DNA of 36,653 nt from Scyliorhinus canicula (GCF_902713615.1 NW_024055484.1:1-36653), one strand, 5' to 3'; positions 22,729-33,679 are shown, numbered from the stretch's first letter. The notes: generated from the sequence alone by a model not told the origin. Program-made: numbers and translations.

Positions 22729-23121
22729 ATCCCAACCCGCGGGAACCGTCCGTCTCTGTCCTCCTGCCCTCGGCTGAAGATGTCTCCGCTCAGAGATTCG
22801 TCTCCCTCAGCTGCTTAGTGAGAGGTTTCTCCCCTTGAGAGATCTTCGTCAAGTGGACCGTCAATGACATGCCGGTGAATCCCGGGAACTACAAGAACAC
22901 CGAGGTGATGGCGGAGAACGGCAATAGCTCCTTCTTCATGTACAGCCTGTTATCCATTGCAGCGGAGGAGTGGGCCAGCGGCGCTTCTTACTCCTGTGTG
23001 GTGGGACATGAAGCCATCCCCTTGAAGATCATCAGCAGAACGGTTAATAAATCCAGCGGTAAACTGAGTTTTTTAAGCGTTTCCCTTGGCTCTAATTGAC
23101 ACCGTTAATTAATGTAAATGA
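22729..23121 (+). pseudogene. IGHM: Cmu4 (CH4) exon plus degenerate secretory tail
   Basis: ctgcAG|(D)[41 protein letters not shown]...[23 protein letters not shown]; TGA at 22836-22838; internal TM donor G|GTAAA at 23058/23059; tail frameshifted at about 23088. Confidence 0.95.
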
Positions 23122-23157
23122 GAAACTATTGGTTATATTTCGAACTACAATAGAAAG

Positions 23158-23163
23158 AATAAA
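23158..23163 (+). terminator. Secretory-form polyadenylation signal
   Basis: AATAAA 37 nt after the ancestral tail stop (23119-23121). Confidence 0.75.
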
Positions 23164-23294
23164 GATTTTTTGATCCCCCTCCAAATGTGATTGAACGACA
23201 CAGCGTTTTATTAATAGTGCATCCGCTTTCCTGGTGTCAGACATCTTCAATTAGACTCAGATTTGTACAGATCTCGGACCCATGTTCAGTGCAG

Positions 23295-23470
23295 GGAATG
23301 ACACAGTGGCGTAATGTTTAGAACTGCTGCCTCACGGTCCCGAGGAGCCTGTTCTATCCCACCTCGGGTTACTATTATGTCGAGTTGCACATTCTCCCCG
23401 TATCTGTGTGGGTCTCACCCCCACAGCCCAAAGATATACGAGCCGGTAGATTGGAACATAAACAAGTGGG
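23295..23470 (+). mobile_element. Degenerate V-SINE
   Basis: gaactgctgcctcacgg head; ttgcacattctccccgtatctgtgtgggtctcacccccacag core. Confidence 0.65.
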
Positions 23471-23589
23471 TACATGAAAAAAATAGAAACCACCTGGTGT
23501 ACAGACAGAGTCAAACTAATTCATAACAGGATTGCGCAAAGTATATTTATTGATGGGAAATCGGACAAGTTCCCATTTTAGGCGCGAGT

Positions 23590-23790
23590 GGCACGGTGGA
23601 GTAGTGGTGCAGTGGTTAGCACTGCTGCCTGCAATGATGAAGACCAGGTTTCAAATCCCGTCTCTGTCCATGTGGAGTTTTCACATTCTCTCCGTGTCTA
23701 CGTGGGTTTCGCCTCCACAACTCCAACGTTTACAAGATAGATGGATTTGCCAAGCTAAATTGCCCCTTAATTGGGAAAAAAGTTGAGTGT
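23590..23790 (+). mobile_element. V-SINE, short-tail type
   Basis: ggtgcagtggttagcactgctgcct head; ctaaattgccccttaattgggaaaaa tail. Confidence 0.75.
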
Positions 23791-23969
23791 TCTAAGCTTA
23801 TTTTTTTAAAAATCCCATTTCAGATAAACACATCACATTTAGATTTCCGTGTTCCTCCTACTCTCATTGTCTATCTCTTTATAATTGATGGTAGTTTCAA
23901 ATTGTTGCATCACACCCACTGGAATTGAATTGAGGATCAAACAGAAACATGGACCAGCAATCCACCGTC

Positions 23970-25300
23970 AAAGAGAGAGGAAAGGGGAATTGTTAATGCA
24001 CTGCTCCCCACTTTTCCAACAAAGAGAGGGAGAGGGACATTACCTACTCCGTAGTAACCCGCTTGCCTCACAAATAGAAGGGGAGGGGCAATAGTTAATG
24101 CACTAACCTCACTTCCCCAACAAATACAGGGAGGAGGAACATTAGCTAATCCACTGTACCTGCGCTTCCCCAACAAAGAGATGGGGAGGGGTATTATTTT
24201 ATGCATTGTAACCACATTTCCCCAAGAAAGATGTTGGGCATTAGTTAATCGACGGTCCCCCCATTCACCCAACAAATACAGGGAGGAGGAACATTAGCTA
24301 ATCCACTGTACCCGCGCTTCCCCAACAAAGAGCTGGGGAGGGCCATTAGTTAACCCATTGATCCGCCATTACCCCGACAAAGAGACGGGCAGGATAACTA
24401 GACAATCCATTGTGCCCCGTTCCCCAAAAAAGGTAGGGGAAGGGGATTATTTAACCAAATGTAGCCCACTTCCCTAGAAGCGCGTGGGAGGGGCATTTTT
24501 AGTTGTGCTTTACCCCACGTCACCAGCAATGAGCTGGGGATTAGCATTAGTTAATCCACTGTAACCCCACTTTCCCAACATAGAGAAGCGAGGGATATTA
24601 ATGAACCCACTTACCCCCACTGTACCCCAACAAAGGGAGGATGAGGGGCTTTAGTTAACCTACTGTAATTCCATTTCCACAAAATATATCGGTGAAGGCC
24701 ATTAGCTTTGCACTGGATCTCCGCTTCCACAACAAAGAAATTGGAGGGTAAATGCTTAAACCACTGTACCCCAACTTCCTCAACAGAGCTCGAGGAGGGG
24801 CACTAGTTCGTTCACTGTATTTAATGTAGTTAATTCCCCAACAAATTGAGGGGGAGGGCGTTTGCTAATTAATTGGACCCGCACTCCCCCAGTATAGAGA
24901 GGGGATGGGCATTAGAGAAGCCAGTGATCCGCCATATCCCCTACAAAGAAAGGGGGATAGGAATTACTTAATCTATAGTGCCCGCACACCACTACATAGA
25001 GAGGTGGAGGGGCAATAGTTAATCCACTATACTTCCCCAACTAAGAGAACCGGAGGGAAATTTGTTAATCTACTAGACCGCCACTCCCCAACAACGAGAT
25101 AGGGGAGGGCATTTGTTAATCTACCATACGCACACTTCACCAATACAGAGAGTGGAGGGGCATTAGTTAATCCACTGTATCCCCACTTCCCCAAAAAAGA
25201 GCGTGGGAGGGCATAAATTAATCCACTGTACCCCACTTCCCCAACAGAGGGAGGGGAGTGGTATTAGTTAATCCATCGTACACCACTTCTCCAACAGAGA
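23970..25300. repeat. Diverged ~52-bp minisatellite, about 26 copies (GGGGAGGGGGCATTAGTTAATCCACTGTACCCCACTTCCCCAACAAAGAGA)
   Basis: ttagttaatcc-like motif recurs every 50-52 bp (e.g. about 24091, 24142, 24194, 24242, 24294 ... 25163, 25215, 25264). Confidence 0.9.
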
Positions 25301-25507
25301 AAACTGAAGAGCAAAGCCTGAAACTATTTTGCTGCACGTCACCAAGAAAGAGAGGAGAAAGTGCATTTGGCAGCTGATTGTATGGCCATCTCCTCAAAGC
25401 CGCGAATCGAAAAGGAAACTGCTGAACCCAGCAGGGAGAAAGAAACAATGAACGCACAGGTTATTTACCGCAGGTTTCAGTGCTGGGACCCCCAGCTGTT
25501 CACAATA

Positions 25508-25797
25508 CATAGAACATACAGTGCAGAAGGAGACTATTTTGCCCATCGAGTCTGCACCGACCCACTTAAACCCTCACGTCTACCCTGTCCCGTAGCCTAA
25601 TAATCCCTCCTAACCTTTTTGTTGACTAAGGGCAATATAGAATGGTCAATCCACCTTTGGACTGTGGGAGGAAACCGGAGAACCCGGAGGAAACCTAAGC
25701 AGACATGGGGAAAACCTGCAGACTCTGCACAGACAGTGACCCAGCGGGGTATCGAACCTGGGACCACGGTGCGATCCACTTGTGCTACCACACTGCC
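25508..25797 (-). mobile_element. V-SINE inserted in CR1
   Basis: Full antisense copy flanked by candidate TSD caata (25503-25507, 25798-25802). Confidence 0.85.
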
Positions 25798-26527
25798 CAA
25801 TATTCATTAATTGTTTTGACGAAGGAATTGCAGGCAATATTTCAAGATTTGCAAAGGATACTAAGTTTGCTGGCAGTGTGTGCTGTGAGTAGGATACAAA
25901 GAGGCTTCAGGGTTACTTGGACAGGCTGGCTGAGTGAGAAACCACTTGGCAAATGCAATATAATGTGGTTGAATGTGAGGTGATCCGCTTTGATGGAAAA
26001 AACAGAAAGACAAATTATTATCTGAATTGTGGCAGTTTAGGAAAAGTAGAATTGCAACGAGACCTGGGTGTCATGGTGGAATGGTCGCCTAAGATTGTTG
26101 CACGGGTACAGCAGGTGAGGAAAGTTAATGGCAAGCTAGCCTTCATAGCGAGAGGATTTGTGTATAGGAGTTGGAATGTATTGCTGCAGTTATACAGGAC
26201 TTGGTGAAACCACACCTTGAACATTGTGTGCAGTTTTGGTCCAGTTTGAGGTAGGAAATTCTTGCTGCCGACGGTGTCCAGCGAAGGTTCACCAGAGTAA
26301 TCACCGGGGTGGGAGGACTGACATATGAAGAAAGACATGATCAACTGGGTTTGTACTCGCTGGAGGTTAGAAGATTGAGAGGGAATGTCAAAGAAACATA
26401 TAATATCCTGATGGGACTGGACTGGCTAGATGCATGAAGAAAGTTCCCAATGTTGGGGACGTCCAGAAATAGGGGTCGCAGCCTAAGAATAAGCAGGACG
26501 CCATTCAGGGTCGAGGTGAGGAAGAAT

Positions 26528-26709
26528 GCTGGATTATCCACCCTGCCGTGCCACATTTCTGTTTCATCCCGCCGGCCGGATGCTTTGTTACGCCGGCTGG
26601 TCAATGGGGCTTCCCATTGTGGTGATGTCCTACGCCGTCGGGAACCCCCCCCCCCCCCCCCCCCCAAGCTGCCAGCAAAACAGAGCATCCGTCCGACAGA
26701 GAATCCAGC
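26528..26709. mobile_element. MITE-like 182-bp element with inverted termini
   Basis: Starts gctggatt and ends aatccagc; internal gccggccggatgctttgttacgccggc pairs imperfectly with gccagcaaaacagagcatccgtccgac; interrupts CR1 between gaggaagaat and ttctctcag. Confidence 0.65.
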
Positions 26710-26824
26710 TTCTCTCAGAAAGTTCTGAACTTGTGGAATGCTCTACCACAGAGCGCTGTTGGGGCCAGTTCCTTGGATATATTCAAGAGGGAGCTGGACG
26801 TGGCCCTTGCGACTAAAGGGATAA

Positions 26825-27110
26825 TAATGATATTTATTGTCACAAGTAGGCTTACATTAACACTGCAGTGAAATTGATGTGAAAAGCCCCTAGTCGCTAT
26901 ATTCCGGCGCCTGTTTGGGTACACAGAGGGAGAATTCAGAATGTCCAAATTAACAAACAAGCACGTCTTTCGGGACTTGCGGGAGCAAACTGGGGCCCCC
27001 GGAGGAAACCCATGCACACACGGGGAAAACGTGCAGACTTCTCACAGACAGTGGTCCAAGGCGGGAATCGAACCTGCAAGCAACAGTGCTAACCACTGTG
27101 CTAACATGCA
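26825..27110 (-). mobile_element. V-SINE, third tail type
   Basis: ttattgtcacaagtaggcttacattaacactgca...ggaggaaacccatgcacacacgggg. Confidence 0.8.
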
Positions 27111-27434
27111 AGGATAATGGCGAGAAAGCGGGTGTGGGATACTGAATTTGCATCATCAGCCATGATCATATTGAATGGTGGTGCAGGATCGAAGGGCTGA
27201 GTGGCCGCCTCATGCACCTGTTTTCAATGTTTCAATATTTCTCCCCTCCCATTCCCCGAGCGGAGAATTCGGAAGGGAGTGAGTCTTTAATGTAAGGACT
27301 CAGCTTTCAACAATGCAAGTCGTTTCTTACTTACTGGTCACAGGTTTTAACCTTGCATCAGACAAACCATGGTGTAAATATACCTTCAAACAACACAATT
27401 TTTCAAACGTGTAATGCCCCATTTACTGTTTAAA

Positions 27435-27725
27435 AAAAATAATCTTTCTTGTCACAAGTAGGCTTACAATAACACTGCAATGAAGTTACTGTAAAAATCC
27501 CCTAGTTGCCACATTCCGGCGCCTGTTCGGGTAGACAGAGAGAATTCAGAATGTCCAATTCACCTAACAGCACGTCTTTCGAGACTTGTGGGAGGAAACC
27601 GGAGCACCCGGAGGAAACTCACGCAGACATGGGGAGCACATGCAGACTCCGCACAGACAGTGACCCAAGCCGGGAATCAAACCTGGGACCCTGGGCTGTG
27701 AACCACTGTGCTACCATGCTGCCTC
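27435..27725 (-). mobile_element. V-SINE, third tail type
   Basis: aataatctttcttgtcacaagtaggc...ggaggaaaccggagcacccggaggaaactc...ccatgctgcc. Confidence 0.85.
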
Positions 27726-27729
27726 ATAT

Positions 27730-28530
27730 GCTAACACAGTGCGTTTGTCGTCTGCGAGCACACGCAGACCCGCATAAAATACACACACGCACACAGAAAA
27801 ACACACGCTCGCTCACACAGTAATAACCATCGTGCAGATTCACACATGCGTACGAACAGACGCAAAAGCAAATATATTATTTGCAAGAGAAGCAGAATCA
27901 CAAAAGGACCGAAACACAGATGTAACCATCAAAATATACATTAGCACACGTTGTCTGATACATTCGTGCAGACACAATGACGTCCACTGTCATATACATT
28001 AACACAAATGTATAGACACATGAACACGCACATTAATGGCCTATATGGACGCACAGAAACAGAGTGTAGAGTGCCCTTTGTGAGGGTCGGTACACACTCA
28101 AAGGACCAAATGGCCTCTTTCTGCATTGGAGGGAGTCTATGCTCTATGTTCAAGAACACTAAAATGCATAGTAGCATACAAGGGGACATAAACACATTTA
28201 AAAACATAGGCATATAAATCTATCAACACGTTAATATACACATGAATGCACTCACAGAGACACACATGCACACGCATGTGCATACACACATTGATAGATA
28301 GATGGCGCACAAATAAACATATTACTACATATATTAGCAGGCATGAACACATAAGCACGCATTAACACAACTATTCGTAAATAAACAAAGGTTTTAAGAC
28401 AAAAATAACTCATTCGTACATACACATTGATGGAATCACAAAATATACAGGCAATCACAGATGAAAACACATTGCACATCAACACTCACATTAATGTTCA
28501 AACACACATTGCGAGAGACAAACAGATAAA
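27730..28530. repeat. CA-rich low-complexity tract with an embedded SINE tail (about 28060-28150)
   Basis: acacac/acatac composition; gggtcggtacacactcaaaggaccaaatggcctctttctgca tail remnant. Confidence 0.7.
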
Positions 28531-29105
28531 GGCAAATCACGAGTTACTTAAGCACAAAAAGAAACAACAAGATGACAGTTTATTTCTAATGTAACTGTTT
28601 GAATGGGCATACCAATCAAAACATATCCCCATTCCATAATGATCCCACGACGCACTGAAACAATGTTCTGACTGAGAAACTGGCTGCAGTAAACGACATG
28701 ACAAATGTTTCCATCGCAAATAAACAAATAAGATGGGAACTGACGTCCAGGTTCTTAGCGGCAACATTCACAGTGTCGAAATAAGAAGCTGAATGAACGT
28801 CCCTCAGTATCAATCATAATAATCTCCAATTATACCAAATTGTTCTAAAGCAAACTGAAATTGAACAAAAGCGGCTGTGTTTTGTGACACGGACTGTTTG
28901 AGCAACGTAAAGGACGAACGGCTGTGTGGAGATTGATGCAGAGATCGGTTTCTGAGTATCGCGAATTTAACAATGTACAATGAAAAGTAAATTACTAAAA
29001 TTACTTCAGAAAGATAAAGGATAATATTTATATATAATTCTGAAAGATACCCTGAATGAAAGTGCAATTTAACTATTTTCGGCTATATCCCCTTCGATTC
29101 TATAG

Positions 29106-29224
29106 ACAGCATCCGGACTGAAGACTATGAGGATGATAATGGCAACATCTTGACAACCGCTTCCACATTCATCACCCTGTTCTTCCTGAGCATGTCCTAC
29201 AGCGCTGCAGTCACCCTAGTGAAG
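29106..29224 (+). pseudogene. IGHM: IgM TM1 exon (open frame)
   Basis: ctatAG|(D)SIRTEDYEDDNGNILTTASTFITLFFLSMSYSAAVTLVK|GTGAG; conserved TASTF..LF.LS..YS transmembrane motif. Confidence 0.93.
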
Positions 29225-29354
29225 GTGAGAGCATTCGATCCACTCACACTTTAGCTGATCGAAGCAGTTTGACAACTCACTGAACTTTTCATATATAAAA
29301 TATTAATGTCCCAGATCACAAACATCTGCTTCATTGTTTTTTCTGTTTTTACAG

Positions 29355-29363
29355 ATCAAGTGA
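29355..29363 (+). pseudogene. IGHM: IgM TM2 exon (IK*)
   Basis: tttttacAG|ATC AAG TGA, 130 nt after the TM1 donor. Confidence 0.85.
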
Positions 29364-29765
29364 TCGGCTGAATTTTGGATGTCGTATTTATTGATATGGA
29401 TGTCGTACATTTTATTCAGCTGTTTATCAAGATCTCTGTTACGAAATCATGAAATGCCCTCTGGTGACTTTATAATATTTTTCTGTTTGAAAAATACGAA
29501 ATAATATGGACGTATTGCAATTTTCGATTATAATTGTCCTGTAGTTTGATTTCCATTTGAAAATAAGTAACGTTTTTAATTCCTTATTCTCAATTATTGC
29601 CTTCCCTATATTTTGAGCTCCTGTTCCCTCTTTCTGGTGTCTGTTGTACATTCATTTGGCAGCTCAGAGCTGATGTGTTCTCTTCTCAATGTCACGCTCA
29701 ATCGCAATCTTGCTCTTTGTTAACTTGAAAATTAACATTTCTGTTAAACTTTCTCCAAATTTTTC

Positions 29766-29771
29766 AATAAA
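29766..29771 (+). terminator. Candidate membrane-form polyadenylation signal
   Basis: AATAAA about 400 nt after the TM2 stop. Confidence 0.45.
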
Positions 29772-30519
29772 TCCTGAATGAAAAATGAACCAAATGTGAC
29801 TTTTCTGAACTCCTTTCTCCAAAGTCCCCTGACGACGGCCCATTCCCCTTATTGCAGTGTTTCGCTTTCCCAGACAAATATTTCCCCTGTTGTGAAAGAA
29901 TCACTGCATCACCTGCGTGTACCCCGGAGACAGAATCATTGCAGAGCGAGGAGAATCGAGGTGATTTCAGTCGTACTCTGGTCAGTCACAGTCACATGTC
30001 AGGTAATTCTGAAGAGAGGGGGCTCTGCTTCTTCAGACACCGAATCAAGCCAGTGAATGGAGAAGAAACGTTTCCTTCACACTGTCTCATTAAACACTTC
30101 CAGGGTCGCTGCAGCACGGGTTAACATTCTCCATGTTGGCCGAATAAATAATCCCAAGGCAGGCTATGTATATAAGGCAGACAGAACAGAGGGTGTAAAC
30201 CCTTGGGAGAGCCGTAAAGGCTAGAAAGTATATCGCACACAACATAAAATCGAGTACGAATTTCCAAATATTACTTGAGTTTGGGGCCTATAAGATACAC
30301 TAGAGAGCAGAAACGGCCAGAGAATATGGCCGAACCAATAGAGAGAATCAACTCGAAATTCCCTTTGAAACATACAAATAGACAGTTTATCGCCCTGTCC
30401 TGGCACATGCGCAAACTGCACTTTCTGGTTCAAACAAAATCACTGACTGCTTCAAACTTTACATTTTGGCCCATTTAAAACTGACACTGTCTCCATTTTC
30501 GAGGATGCATTGATCGATA

Positions 30520-31610
30520 ATAACCTCCATTCCCTCTGATACCATCGCCCTGAACTCATTGAGTATCAGCCAGGCATCTCCCTGCGCCATTCTGCCTGAT
30601 ACTATCCCGCTGAACACACTGAACATCACCCCAGGTATAACACCATAAGACAACAAGACATAGGAGCAGAATTCGGCCACTCGGCCCAGCAAGTCGGCTC
30701 CGCCATTCAATCATGGCTGATGTTTTCTCATCCCCATTCTCCTGCCTCTCGCCCTGCTCCATTCACTCTGCTATCATCCCGCTGAACTCACTGGACATCA
30801 CCCCAGGGATCCTCTTTCCCGGCTTCAGCCCCTCTGATATCATCCCGCTGAACTCACTGAACACCCCAGGGATCCTCTCTCCCGGCTCCATTCACTCTGC
30901 TATCATCCCCCTGAACTCACTGAGCATGACCCGAGATATCCTCTCTCCTTGCTCCATTCCCTCTGATACCATCATCCTGAACTCACTGAACATCACCCAG
31001 GGATCCTCTCTCCCTGATCATTCCCTCTGATACCATTGCCCTGAACTCCCTGAGCATCACCCCAGGTATCCTCTCTCCCTGCTCCATTCCCTCTGATACC
31101 ATTGCCCTGAACTCACTGAACATCACACCAGGGATCCCCTCTCCCTGCTCCATTCCTTCTGACACCATCCTCCTGAACTCAATGATCATCACCCCAGGGA
31201 CCCTCTCTCCCTGCTCCATTCCCTCTGATACCATCCCCCTGAACTCACTGATCATCACACCAGGGATCCTCTCGCCCTGCTCCATTCACTATGCTATCAT
31301 CCCTCTGAACTCACTGAACATCACTCCAGGGATCCTCTGGCCCCGCTCCATTCCCTCTTACACCATCCCCCTGAACTCACTGATCATCACACCAGGGATC
31401 CTCTCTCCCTGCCCCATTCCCTCTGATACCATCCTCCTGAACTCAATGATCATCGCACCAGGGATCCTCTCTCCCTGCTCCATTCACTTTGATACCATCC
31501 CCTGAACTCACTGAATATCACCCCAGGGATCTTCTCTCCCGGTTCCATTCCCTCTGACACCATCCCCCTGCACTCACTCCAGGGTGCCTCTCTTGATGCT
31601 CAATTCCCTC
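30520..31610. repeat. 66-bp minisatellite, about 15 copies
   Basis: ctgaactc at about 30977, 31041, 31107, 31173, 31239, 31305, 31371, 31437, 31503; the unit translates as IITPGILSPCSIPSDTIPLNSL. Confidence 0.92.
30645..30750 (-). mobile_element. CR1 3'-tail fragment inside the 66-bp array
   Basis: cataagacaacaagacataggagcagaattcggccactcggccc...ccattcaatcatggctgat. Confidence 0.7.
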
Positions 31611-31699
31611 CGATCAAAGGTAACAAAAGTTCCCGAGGGCCATGGCTGCTCTTTCCTTTTGCGAGAGAGCTGATTCATGGTGATTTTAGCTGAGAGTTT

Positions 31700-32490
31700 G
31701 GATTGGACTGGATTTGTTTATTGTCACGTGTACCGAGATACAGTGAAAAGTATTTTTCTGCAAGCAGCTCAACAGATCATTCAGTACATGGAAGAAAGGG
31801 GAATTAAACAAAATTCTAGAAAATACATGAGAATACATAATAGGGCAACACAAGATATACAATGTAACTACATAAGGATTGGCATCGGTTGAAGCATACA
31901 GGGTGTAGTGTTAATGAGGTCAGTCAATAAGAGGGTCATTTACGAGTCTGGTGACAGTGGGGAAGAAGCTGTTTTTCAGTCTGTTCGTGCGTGTTCTCAG
32001 ACTTCTGTATCTCCTGCCCGATGGAAGAAGTTGGAAAAGTGAGTAAGCCGGGTGGGAGGGATCCTTGATTGTGCTGCCCGCTTTCCCCCGGCAGCGGGAG
32101 GTGTAGATGGAGTCCATGGATGGGAGGCAGGTTCGTGTGATGGACTGGGCGGTATTCACGACTCTCTGAAGTTCCTTGCGGTCCTGGGCCGAGCAGTTGC
32201 CATACCAGGCTGTGATGCAGCCCGATAGGATGCTTTCGAAAGTGCATCTGTAAAAGTTGGTAAGGATTAATGTGGACATGCCGAATTTCCTTAGTTTCCT
32301 GAGGAAGTATAGGTGCTGTTGTGCCTTCTTGGTGATAGCGTCGATGTGAGTGGACCAGGACAGATTTTTGGTAATGTGCACCCCGAGGAATTTGAAACTG
32401 CTCACCATCTCCACCTCGGCCCCGTTGACGCTGACAGGGGTGTGTGCAGTACTTTGCTTCCTGAAGTCGATGACCAGCTCTTTGGTTTTG
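31700..32490 (-). mobile_element. Rex1/Babar-type LINE, RT C-terminal region and 3' end
   Basis: ORF 31920-32528 KTKELVIDFRK...FKFLGVHITKNLSWSTH...KKAQQHLYFLRKL...ESILSGCITAWYGN...SGRRYRSLRTRTNRLKNSFFP. Confidence 0.85.
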
Positions 32491-32864
32491 CACTGCACTT
32501 CAGCAGAGGGACAAGGTTGAGAGGGCATGGATCACAGGAATTGAACTCACGCTGTCTGCTTCACGACCAGCCAGCCAGCCAACTGAACTATCGACACATT
32601 CACTCTACTACCATCTCCATGAACGTTCGAACTTACTGGACATAATTCCAGGATGCTCTGCCTGCTCAATGCCCTCTGATACCATCTGCCTAAAATAACT
32701 GAGCATCCATGGGATCTGCCTTGTTTCCATCTCCTCAGGGATCGTTGGGGACTTCTACACAGAGAACAGGCGAGCGATCTTAGAGGAACTGACAGAGAGG
32801 CTGCAGCTGCCAACGGGAACAAACTCTGGAACATCGATATGGAGAAGCCGTCGTTGGACTGGGG

Positions 32865-33012
32865 TGAGCACAGTAAGAAGTCTTACAACACCAGGTTAAA
32901 TTCCAACAGGTTTATTTCAAACACTAGCCTTCGGAGCACTGCTCCTTCCTGAGGAAGGAGCTGCACTCCAAAAGCTAGTGTTTGAAACAAACCAGTTGGA
33001 CTTTAACCTGGT
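32865..33012. mobile_element. Palindromic Penelope-like element terminal remnant
   Basis: Arms of about 60 bp: accaggttaaattccaacaggtttatttcaaacactagc...ctccttcc / ggaaggag...gctagtgtttgaaacaaaccagttggactttaacctggt. Family assignment is from memory. Confidence 0.6.
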
Positions 33013-33016
33013 CTGG

Positions 33017-33331
33017 ACATAGAACATACATTGCAGAAGGAGGCCAGTTGGCCATCGAGACTGCACCAACCCACTTAAGCCCTCACTTCCAGCCTATCCC
33101 CGTAACCCAATAAACCTTCTAACCTTTGTGGTCACTAAGGGTAATTTACCTTGCCCAATCCACCTACACTGCACTTCTTTGGTCTGTCGGAGGAAACCGG
33201 AGAACCCGGTGGAAACCCACGCAGACAGGGGGAGAACATACAGACTCCGCACAGAGAGTGACCCAGCGAGGAATGGAACCTGGGATCCTGGCGCGGTGAA
33301 CCCACAGTGCTAATCACTTGTGCTACCGTCT
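33017..33331 (-). mobile_element. V-SINE with CR1-type tail
   Basis: catagaacatacattgcagaaggaggcc...ggaaacccacgcagacagggggagaac...gtgctaccgtc. Confidence 0.85.
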
Positions 33332-33489
33332 TAACATACAGGTTAGATCTTTCTAGGTAAGGAGACTGCAAGATAGCCAAGGACTCGAGATGCACAATGC
33401 TTGAAGGAGTACTGTACGTATGTAACCTGGGAGGGAGGAACTGAACACTCCCCACTGGACGAAACACGGAAAAAATATGAGGACCAACT

Positions 33490-33675
33490 TGAATGAAATG
33501 AAAAATGAAAATCGATTATTGTCACGAGTAGGCTTCAATTAAGTTACTGTGAAAAGCCCCTAGTCGCCACATTCCGGCGCCTGTCCGGGGAGGCTGGTAC
33601 GGGAATCGAACCGTGCTGCTGGCCTGCTTGGTCTGCTTTAAAAGCCAGCGATTTAGCCGAGTCAGCTAAACCAGA
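33490..33675 (-). mobile_element. Short tRNA-derived SINE
   Basis: gaaatgaaaaatgaaaatcgattattgtcacgagtaggcttc...gggaatcgaaccg...aaagccagcgatttagc...gctaaaccag. Confidence 0.85.
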
Positions 33676-33679
33676 AATC

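Larger units (their letters stand above)
25465..27260 (+). mobile_element. CR1 LINE RT/3' fragment carrying two SINE insertions and a MITE-like insertion
   Basis: VLGPQLFTI motif at about 25480; ORF 25953-26207 LQRDLGV...LAFIARGFVYRSWNVLLQLYRT; CR1 tail at about 27095-27260. Confidence 0.8.
5532..29363 (+). pseudogene. IGHM: Complete shark IgM heavy-chain cluster with germline-joined VDJ (L-VDJ-Cmu1-Cmu2-Cmu3-Cmu4/sec-TM1-TM2), pseudogenised
   Basis: All exons are identifiable in order with GT/AG boundaries; in-frame stops at 5723-5725, 15898-15900 and 22836-22838; frameshifted secretory tail. Confidence 0.93.

Noticed and set aside
29778-30478. Short ORFs downstream of TM2 as an extra exon or gene
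   Set aside because: No recognisable domain or convincing splice pattern.
31920-32528. 202-aa ORF as a host gene (this sequence type is often mis-annotated as ALKBH8/DUF1891)
   Set aside because: It is the C-terminal RT region of a Rex/Babar LINE, 5'-truncated and followed by its 3' tail.
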